A stretch of DNA of 58,526 nucleotides, filler included, from Sphacelaria rigidula (taxonomy: Eukaryota), in NCBI GenBank assembly GCA_964200075.2. It is 8 parts of 8 records of this genome, joined end to end, with 100 filler letters (N's around TTAATTAATTAA, not from the genome) between each part and the next. Parts side by side here need not be neighbours in the genome. Positions count along the whole stretch, not along the records: positions 43,971 to 51,198 come from CAXNAA020015861.1; positions 51,299 to 58,526 come from CAXNAA020015862.1; 6 more parts are not named here. One strand, 5' to 3'. This document shows positions 49,001 to 58,526 of this stretch, piece by piece. The first letter of the stretch is position 1; every line of letters starts with the position of its first letter. The notes under the pieces were generated by a model, which worked only from the letters and a program-made list of their open reading frames with translations, searched no databases and had not been told where the DNA came from. A program made the position numbers and the translations under genes.

Positions 49001-49177
49001 CACGGTGTTTGTCGTATCGTATCTTATCGTATCGTATCTTATCTTATCGAATCGTATCGTATCAAACATACGGCTAACGCTACCGTTTTCGTTATGTCGA
49101 ACTGTTTTCGATACGATACCGATATCGATACTTTGACACGGAATATTGAAACTTACGATACGATAGCGAACACTAGT
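49001..49177. mobile_element. Small TIR element built from CGTAT/ATACG subrepeats
   Basis: GTGTTTGTCGTATCGTATC at the left end and GATACGATAGCGAACACTAG at the right, with oppositely oriented pentamer arrays. Confidence 0.6.
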
Positions 49178-50688
49178 CTTCACCTGAAGAATCTTCACAC
49201 GAAAACGGTACGTTCTTGTGTCGGCTAGACGAAACCGATGCTCACCATGTGGCGGCTCGACGAACAATAGTAGTTTCCCTTTTTTTTCTGCGAGCTACAA
49301 CTATTCGCGACAGCAACGACGAGTTCCTTGCACTGTACATACACTCACAACTCACAACTCACAACCTTCCGCCAGCCACAGCATTCGGGACCTCGGCAAC
49401 GCCGTCAAGGAGGTCCGAGGATGGTACAGTAAGCAGCAAGAACGGCGCGGATTACGTTCATCTGTTCGGACGGAATCACATGTCGGCCAATTGAATCCCT
49501 CCCTCCGTCGAATGCTTTCGTTGCTGCGGATACCGTAGTAGTTTCTCCTTAGCATCCTGTACGGTAGTCCACAGGGGCATGGTCCTTGACGAGCTGTATG
49601 CGTACTTGGGCAAAGCCGGGGAACGTGTATTTTTCTCGTGCCCCGAAGTGTGGCTGGGACTCCGTCTGTACGGCGTACAGTGCGACGCGGGCAAATCAAC
49701 GTTTACCTGTTCAGTCGCGTCGCTAGCTGTCAAGCTGCGATTTTCTTCGCTGGCGTGCGGCGTCGACTGTACGCCAGCGAAGAATTCTACATTTGCGTGT
49801 GTTACCTCAAGCTTTGGTGTTGACACTTGTTTCTCAGTCACAATGCACTTTGACGAAAGTCAGACAAGCATTGGAAATTCCTGAACACACATTGACGGCG
49901 GTAACGGTGGCGGTACGGTGTTCGTGGTACACAGCACGGCGCTGGCGAACCTATTCGGGTGCTGCGTTTCGTCGCCTTCCCGTATTTGAAAAAATATATA
50001 TGTGTCGCATTTGAAATCACCTCCCTTCCTCGGGACGACTCCGTGGTCTAATGATCTCAAGGCCACAACCCATCTCTCCCCGGTGCACGCCTTGCACTTT
50101 GGTCTCGCGGATTGGGTCATGGTTATCAGCACTCCCGCACCGCGTCAACTTTCGTCAAACAAACTCAGTCAACTATCTTCATTTACTCACGCTTTCGACG
50201 GTGGAAAACAGGTAGTTCGCAAAATAATCCAATGCATCGGGAATCGAACCAAGGTCCTCTCCACCCTATTGGTGGCAGTCGCACTATTACACCAGCGGGG
50301 CGCGGTGGTAGTTTTACCTGTAGCATACCGCATACAAGTAGCTTTCTGTCGTCAACTTGTTTGCGTTGCCCCCTGGCGTTTGCCAAGCTACATGGCGCTC
50401 AAAGCCCTTTGATTATGTAGTCTGCGAACGTATCTTCTTCAACATGTGCTACACTTGATCAAATCCGTCGACCTTGCACGCTGCTCGAACCCTCACAATG
50501 GTGGAGGTGCTGTGGTGTCGCTAATGTGTTGCACGCAACGCCACCCACGCGAAGCGTCATATCTTTCGGATTGTGTATCATTGCTTCATCTGCAATATTC
50601 AAGCCCACTACTCTCGATACGATGCACGAATATTAGCACCGCGCTCCGCACTCTCGATTGCCATCTCCACCGGACACCATGGATACAG

Positions 50689-51198
50689 GTGCGGTACGTA
50701 TCAACGGACGCCCGCAAATACCTTGGACATTGCCCTGGACAAGCTGGATCCGGCAGTAGACACTCACGTAATGAACCCGCCGCCGATGCCCGGGATTCGG
50801 TCTCCTGGAGGAGAGCAGCGCTTACCGTGGTGGCGGCGAATCCCCCACCGCCCGCCAGTCCGGGCGCCGTCGCCATCGCCCCCGCCGTCGATGAAGCGAA
50901 TAGCGACGCCGAAGTCGCTTCATCGTCGGCGGCAATCTCGGCACCATCTTTGCCATCGGCATCCGCGTCCTATGGATCTGCTGAATTATGTAAGCTTGAG
51001 GACACCCCCACGGCAGCGGATGATGTCGCGCATAATTCAGCAGAGCATGATGATGCAGGAGATCCATGGGCGCGGATGCCGATGGCAAAGATGGTGCCGA
51101 ATCCTCCACCGCCCGCCAGTCCGGGCGCCTTCACCATCGACCCCGCCGTCGATGAAGCGAACAGCGACGCCGAAGTCGCCTCATCGTCGGCGGCATTC
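50689..51198 (+). CDS. Candidate exon encoding an Ala/Pro/Ser-rich repeat protein, truncated by the contig end
   Basis: CAG acceptor before 50689, then an open frame to the gap containing NPPPPASPGAxxIxPAVDEANSDAEVASSSAA twice, 87 codons apart. Confidence 0.35.
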
Positions 51199-51928
51199 NN
51201 NNNNNNNNNNNNNNNNNNNNNNNNNNNNNNNNNNNNNNNNNNTTAATTAATTAANNNNNNNNNNNNNNNNNNNNNNNNNNNNNNNNNNNNNNNNNNNNGT
51301 GCAGACGCCAGACACGTCATTCCTGACCAACCTCATCGGTCGTTCTGGAGGCACGGTCCCATAAGGGTTAAAGAGGGAGAAACTTCCCGGGCTTTGTTCT
51401 GTAGGGTACGGGTATTTTTGGTAGGGCACGAGATTTCTTGCAGAAGTTACAGAACCTGTCGGGTACGGTATGGAGGCTGTACAAAAACTGTCACCCGCAA
51501 CTGGGTATTTTTACAAGGGTATATCCGTGTCCCGGGTAACGGTAAACATTTCGTACAGATCGTGCAGGACTGTCCGGTACCGGCATGGGAGGCGTAGAGA
51601 ACTCGCAGAACTGCCGGGTACTGGTACGAGAGGCTTCCAGAACTCACAGAGCTCTTGGGTACAGGTACTATCCGGGGAAAATCCTTAAGTATACCTAAAA
51701 TCGTGTCTTACAAAACACAACCTTGGATAAATCTTCCATGTGAAGAGAAATATCGAAGTATCAGTCATTCCGGTACAGGTTTGCTTTTTCGGGGACGGCG
51801 TATGTCCCGAAATGACACCCGAATATATGAAAAGACCAACAGTCACGGCCTCCGTTCATTTTTAGGGTGTACGCGTGTGAATTTCAGACTGTAACTTCAA
51901 ACGAGCACAGAGGAAAAGTAAGAGATTG

Positions 51929-52373
51929 CAAGGGCAGGTCGGGTTGGGCATAAGCAATACTCGGTATTTTTTCAAAGCCGTACTCTTAGTATCTGAATTG
52001 GGTAGAGTACTTGAGGTAATACCCAATCTACCCCAAAATATGAGAGTATTGAGGCCATACCCAAGTGATACTCTATACTCAAGTATCACTCAGAGTACTT
52101 ACCCAATACTGCGTAGAGTATTTGAGGTCGTACTCAATATACCCCCAAAATGGGTAAAGTATTCGAGGTCATACCAATCTACCCAAAATATGGGTAGATT
52201 GTTGAGGTCATACCCCAGTGATACTCTATACCCAGGTATTGCTAAAAGTGCCTACCCAAGATTGGGTACAGTATTTTAGGCCGTACCCAATCTACCCAAA
52301 CGTTGGGTAGAGTAAATGCCCGGGGATTCTACCGTAGTATTCAAAAGAGCACACCCTACCCGACCTGCCCTTG
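51929..52373. mobile_element. TIR element with internal TACCCAA/GGGTAGAG subrepeats
   Basis: CAAGGGCAGGTCGGGT / ACCCGACCTGCCCTTG perfect 16-bp TIR; repeated internal CATACCC..GTGATACTCTATAC blocks. Confidence 0.8.
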
Positions 52374-54703
52374 AGACACTCATGGTACACTCCGCGGGGG
52401 ATGGTGGAGATACAAAAACAAGATGCACGGATAATTTGTAATTCATCAAAGGCCTTTTCTCTGAGCCACATTTGGTACAAGTTGGGCCGCGATACACGCA
52501 TGAACACCTTTTAGATACACTGCTGTAAAGGTGACCATGGAGATATAAAGATGTCGACAGATGCCAACACATGAAAAGACCATGTGGAATTGTCGCAGCG
52601 CTTGCAGCGATCGATGGAGCGAAGATTTTGCGGGGAGAATCCAACCTTCAGAGCTATGTCACACTACACAATATCTTTTGTTCACGACTCCACAAGCGTT
52701 TATAATTGTCCAATAATCTCAAGAAAACATTTCGCAGCCCGGCGGAGGTTGTGATCTCCCCCTATTTCTGTTGTGTGGGAACTCAAAGTATGCTCCAGGC
52801 ATTTGACCGGACAAGAATACCCCCAGGGTGTTGTTCACCGTATACACTGCATACTTTTCTTGAAGCTCGTGTACCGTACAATTTTGGGGGCGATACAAAA
52901 ACAGCCCCACCGCAACATTTAATCATCAACAGCGGTATCGGGGCGGTATCGGGGGCGATCTTATGAGACTGGAGGCCGCGGATCCAACTCGCCGTTTCAT
53001 CATGGATATTGGGTTATAGCGTGGTACCTTCAAAACGACTGCAACGATGTTCCTCCGGCAGGATTTGCAGGTGTTTACCTTGCGTTTCCACCCACCCACC
53101 CACCCCCCGACGGAGTGCAACATGGGTGGAAAAGTTCAAACTTCCGGATTTTTGCGAGGGGTGCGATATCTCTCACCCCCGCCCTTTTTTGGCCGTACTT
53201 GACCTTTTTTCACGTTGTCTGAAAACCACTTGTTGAAGCAGTATGACGTTCTGTCTCTGCAAGCCGCTCATTAGCTACAGGAGTATTCTAACGCACACAA
53301 ACTACTAGCTTTGTGAGCTGATCTTTTCCTACACTCCCCCAATAGCCATGCATGATAATGAGTACACCCCATTAGGGTGTGGTGTGGTTTCCAGAAAACT
53401 CCAAACTCGGCCGCGTCACCTCGACAACTCGTACCAAAATAATTTATATTGCGAGTGCGCAGGTGGCTGTAGTTTTCCAATTTGTCACATGTCTCGCAAA
53501 AACTATGACGAACAATTAATATTTTCAGGTGAAAACTTCGAATATTTCACGTTTATTATTTTTATTCCATGGCTTCAACGAATTACAAACTGAGTTTTAA
53601 CACGTACGAGCTGTGTGTGTATGGGTTTTCCAATTGCCATATCAAAATAATTTGTCCCGTAGAAGAGGAAAGCCAAGTGTTGCAGAAATGATTCTCCGAA
53701 AATATTCGTTTCAGAGGCAAAAACGAGTATGACCAAGCACCATCTAGTTCGTATTTCGGATGGACTCCTGGCCGCAAAAAATTATTTCACGGATGTTGAC
53801 AACCATGGGCAAATAACCAGATCAGCAAAATGTTGCCGGGAAAAATCCAGGTATTTTCAAGTTTCTCTCTCTGTTTCGGGTCCGATTTTTTTTCTTGACC
53901 CTATTTTGGGGTAGTCAGCCCGTGACAACGGAAGGCGTCCGCATCAGATGCCCAGACAGAATACTGCGCAGATGTCGGAACGGTTTTGAATGTGAAGACA
54001 ACAACGACCATCACTCGTCTTCCCGAGGTTTTCGCGACCAGATCGACATGTTACGTTCTGTCTGTGCGGTGCTTGCTTCAACAGCAAGGTATGTGCCTAC
54101 TTCGTTCTTTTTTGAAGGCCCATGCTCGCGCTTTGAAAGTGCTTGCAGGTCCCAACCCTAGGCACCCGTCCGTCAGGTTTATCCCACGGCGTATTTTTTT
54201 CGCGAGTTGCAGTTGTGGGAAGTGATGCTGAATTGAGTATGGTGGCTGCCGCAATGACAAGTGCTACGGCCTCCAAAAATCTTGGAAATGATAATTGAGT
54301 TTTGAATTCTCAAACGAAACTGCGGTCGGTTGAAATTGACGATGAAACCTCGGAGCGCTTTGTCGGCCCCAAAGCAGGAAATCGTTGCCGCCACCTGTCT
54401 CGGGCAGTACGCATCACTCCACCGAGAGGAGTCTAACCAACTGTCACGATTCGCTGGGCTGCTAGGCCGCGCAAACGGTCACTTGCCGAAAACCTCGGGC
54501 TCGAAGTAAGGGAAAATATGGCGTCCGTAGCGCTACTCCCAACTTCTCGACGTCATGTTGACATGCTTTTGTGTCGAGCCGGAGTGTTGGCGCGGGTTAC
54601 CGTTTGTGGGTTTGCAAGGTGGGCTAGACTCTTGTCAGAGAAGAGGTGCACAATGTTTCGACTGCTGACGAAGATTTTTGAAGGCGTTTGAGTTTTGGCC
54701 CAG

Positions 54704-57700
54704 GTAGACCCTGGTCAGCTACATTCAAGAGCGCTGTTACAGCTTGAAAATGGGAGCAACGGTGCTGCCTTGATCGCGGGGAAGGTGTCAACGTTAACGC
54801 TGTGGCCAGGCTACTCTGTTGCAAACTATCTTCTTTTGGTGGCAGTACAGCATAGCACGGTGCAGTCAGTCCACAACAGTGATTGTTGTCCTCGCATGTC
54901 GTAATCCTTAGCATCAGTTTTTATTCATTTTCGGACCAGAAACGGTATCGTATGATTGGTGAAGCATATACTTGTTTCTGCATTTTGTCGAGCTTGGATT
55001 CCGGCACATGAGCCAAGAAACCGAGGGGTAGCTACACTGCACTACAGTGTGTAGACTGTTACGTAGGTCTGTTTCGTAGCCATCGTGATGATCACGGTAT
55101 TGTACCAAAATGATTGTGTGTGTTTTCCACAGGTGGCATCCCTTCTGACGAATCGCATACCGGCTGTTTCGGGAGGAGCAGAGGTTTTGGAGCTGAGCGC
55201 GAAAGATACCAAGACTCTGTACTACATGCCTTCGGGTGCCGTCCGCAGGGTGACGCTGTCGACCGTGAAGGATCTCGATCAGGTTCTGGCTGGCATACGA
55301 GTACTGCATCCTTCATTATAGAAGTAAAAACCTTACCACACGTCAGTCGGCGTTTGTTGAAATAGTGAAATCCATAAGGCGGGACTCTCCGGTCGTCGCC
55401 TGCCGCAAAACCTCTCGTGAACGTACCGGTTTGCGGGCGGTATCCAAACGTGGATATCTCGACAATGGCGATGCTATTGACAATGAGGGGCACATGAATC
55501 GATGGATTTCTCTGCGAAACCTTTCCAAGCACATACATTGCGTAGTCAGAGTGTAGTCCACCTACAGCACATTTCGAAATAGCGCGTTGCAACCTTCCGC
55601 GCCGTTATGCGTTCTTAGAAACGTTTTGCGGTACTCGCACGTTTTCAGCGGGGAAGAATCACCGACAAGGACACCCCCACCGAGGCAAAGCGCGCACGTG
55701 TGTCCCTTGAGTTTGGAGGTTCCCTTGCGATATTTTGGTATATTTAATCATCACTACGGGTATTTTTCGCCGTCAATGAAAGTGATACTCCGACGCTTAC
55801 ACCGTCGAGGGTGAGACCCTTGCGTCGGCGAACCCCTCTTCAGATATGTGGCCGACCTCTGTCGGGTCACGCCTTGACCGCCTACTATTGATAAAACCAT
55901 GACAGCAGGGTCAACGATGCCACACCGGATTGGCTCACAACGCCCGCCGGGGATGTGATGCCTACCCAACCCGCCACGACAACAACCCTCTGTCGGTGCA
56001 AAAAACGACCAATGGCAGCACCTCAACGGCGAGAGTGACCTGCAACTTTCTCACCCGATTGATGTCGCTTACGATGGGTGTGTTCACGTGCGGGGGGCTG
56101 TAGGTGACGGGGTAAGGCCCCCGGCGTGTTAAGTAGTTCCCATCTCGAGTTTCTCTAAATCTGCGGCGGCCACAGCAGTCAATATTCACTGACGAAGCAT
56201 TTCATTAAAGTGATCCAGTTGAGATGGTTCGATGCGAGAGAGGTCATTCAGGAGTGTGGAATTTGGCTGTCGGAAAGGACCAAAGCTGCATCGATCATCG
56301 CCAGGGGGAGCTATACTCTTGTCACTTAGGGCAGTCCTTGCCAGTGCAGGTACTTTCACAGTAATAACTCCCACCACACTTTGTAAAATATGTGTGTCTC
56401 TCGTGTGTACCTGGGGGTGACTCGGTACAGTTCATGCGAGCGAAGCGAGCCAAGTGGGTCTTGTCCGAGGCTATGAGTAATCGGGGATAAGGTTCGACGT
56501 CGCCGAGATTCACTCACCCGGTTTGCGATGAAGAGCTGAATATGTCACACCCCGCACTCCCCGTTTAAGGATAAACGTCAAGCACAAGAGTGGTGAGTAC
56601 AACCAGGGTTCAAATCGCAGTCTCGTGAGGGAGTGTAGTCGCTGGTGAAGCTACAGTGGTAGTGTACGTGCGGGAAAACAACGTGTGCAACGATGTCAAT
56701 GCGTTGTGCGCTGAACCATCGATATGTCTGTGTTTCCCGTACCCCCCCCCTCCCACCTGTGCCTTGAAAAACCTGCAGAACATGGTGAACGCAGCAGCGA
56801 TCCAGGCCAAAGTGCCAATCCCTATCATGCGACCGCAAAAACGGAGTATAATCGACTGCCCTTCGGGATCAAGAGATTGTGTTGTGTCCATATATGGCTT
56901 CTCCCGTGGCGTGGCAGAGGGATCGACATCAACAGACGGGGGTAGCGGCGGGGCTCCGCCAACGCTCCAGGGGTTGGCTCGGGAGGTTGCCAGGGTGCTT
57001 AAACCTGGCGGCACTGTGCTTTTCGTGGAGAAAGGGGAGGCGACTGAATTGGTGCGCTGTGCGCTTCAGCTTCAGTACTCATGAGTGTATTTCTGTCTCA
57101 GCTGCTAGCTTGGTGTCCTTTTTTGGGGTGTGTGTTGCAAATGTTGAAGCACGCACATGTAGTGTTACTGTGCTTGGTGCTGCGTACTTCCAGAAACGGC
57201 ATACTTCGTATTTCAGCTTTCATCAACCACGCATGTTTTTGACATATATTGTTCGATATTGGTCCTCCAAGACAATTGTTGCATACTCCAGTTCTTGCTC
57301 ACGATTTCGCGAAATACACGCGAAAAATCGTTTTTCGTACTTCCTGTGCTGTTTCTATGCAATTTCGTAAAACTTGCGTGGAATTCGTTGTCCAATGGTA
57401 GATTTCAACGATGCCACCGTTAGAAGAGACTGGAAAATAAGAAACGCAAAGCTTGATCGATTGATTGTCGGACATTCACTGATTATCGAGGGACCCAGCT
57501 GTTGTCACAGGATAAACGTACCCAAGGTAAGCCAAGTGGAAACGTTAGCTGGAAAAAAATGGCCGGCCCCTGCACTATGGCTTCAGGTGGAAAAGGTCTC
57601 GCTTAAAAGGCACAACAGAACGAAAAACACACAACTCACGATCAAGTCCTTCATCCTCGGGAATATTCAACTCCTAGGCCGTGTTATTGTTCACTGGCTG

Positions 57701-57807
57701 TCGTACAGGTGGAAGCGCTGCAAGAAGCGCTGGGTACCGTGGAGGTCAATCTGGTCCAGAACCTGGTAGACCCATACTGCGTTGCCCTGGCAACCAAGAC
57801 CAAAGTG
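54704..57807 (+). CDS. Class I SAM-dependent methyltransferase-like protein, partial; exons 54704-54784, 55133-55282, 56779-57051, 57709-57807
   Basis: Four phase-0 exons with CAG acceptors and GT donors (81, 150, 273 and 99 bp). They encode AEVLELSA (degenerate motif I), SRDCVVSIY and LAREVARVLKPGGTVLFVE. The start and stop exons are unresolved. Confidence 0.75.
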
Positions 57808-58526
57808 GTGAGTGTAAAAGTATGATCACGTACTGATATTGGTATGGGAGCCAACATGTGCTGATCTTTTTAAAATAGGACTCAATGCATGTGGACACTC
57901 GGAGAGTAGTATATATCATCTTTCTCACTGGTGTCGCCAACATGGATACTATTTTATTGAGGTCGTTACGGCGTGACGACGTACCGTGGCCAAAGGAGGT
58001 GGTCCGTGGATTTTGCTGAAGATGGCCGCTGTCGAAACCCGGTCGCCAAAGGATCTCCAAAGCGAGGCGTATGATCTCTTTTACTGCCTAGGGTAAGGAC
58101 TGGCCGTGGGCTGGGGTGGTGGGCAGTAGAGCCGAGGTTTACATAGGGTACGCAGCAATTGTGATTCCCTAGGGTGCCTGCAGTGGCTTTTTATTGTTGA
58201 CTTCTTTTCACACCCTGGACAATAGACATGGTAATGGTCTATTGCTGCACTAATAGCTACGGTGATGATCACATTGATATCCATTGTGAAGAACAATGAC
58301 TGCAACATATATTTGTCCATATCCATTGCTGGAAACAATGTACTGGGTGATGTTTTCATCGATATATATCTTTACTGGCAATGATGTGTGAAATATTACA
58401 CCGATGGGCACTTGTCGGTAACGATACATTTTGGTTCATGCGACCGATATACATTGTGCATGGAAATGGACAATGAAAGTTCATGTCAATACACATGGTT
58501 CTTCGCCATAGATTCCGCAAATTTCC

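Noticed and set aside
51960..52310. CRISPR-like repeat-spacer array (also considered at 15347-15629 and 27390-27700)
   Set aside because: The units are degenerate with no unique spacers of constant length, there are no cas genes, and the context is eukaryotic; two of the three tracts lie inside TIR elements.
55560..56200. Possible LINE remnant in the methyltransferase intron
   Set aside because: I could not read any RT or endonuclease motif, and there is no second copy in the window.
3247..57807. Two methyltransferases plus a kinase as a functional gene cluster
   Set aside because: They are on three unlinked contigs that appear to be adjacent only because of size sorting.

Overview
This is eukaryotic, intron-rich and repeat-rich DNA, and it is not one locus. 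It consists of eight contigs of almost identical length (7229, 7229, then six of 7228 bp) joined by an identical artificial 100-bp spacer (N44-TTAATTAATTAA-N44). It therefore looks like a length-sorted concatenation, and adjacency across spacers carries no biological meaning. Short GT-AG exons in long introns, dense MITEs/SINEs and TTAGGG-type repeats suggest a brown-algal (stramenopile) genome; that assignment is an inference. Three spliced genes can be read, all partial. (1) A Bin3/MePCE-type RNA methylphosphate-capping methyltransferase (minus strand, 4 exons, 3247-6881). (2) Two exons of an STE20-group, OSR1/SPAK-like kinase (minus, 38931-39819). (3) A class I SAM methyltransferase (plus, 4 exons, 54704-57807). 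There are also weaker orphan exon clusters. The rest is mostly non-autonomous mobile DNA: a tRNA-headed SINE family, Stowaway-, Tourist- and hAT-like MITEs (several nested), fold-back elements, and a MITE carrying a variable TTAGGG tract. I see no transposase, rRNA, true tRNA or CRISPR array. Most ORFs in the supplied track are spurious. I cannot demonstrate a new multi-gene system; the best leads are listed as findings.
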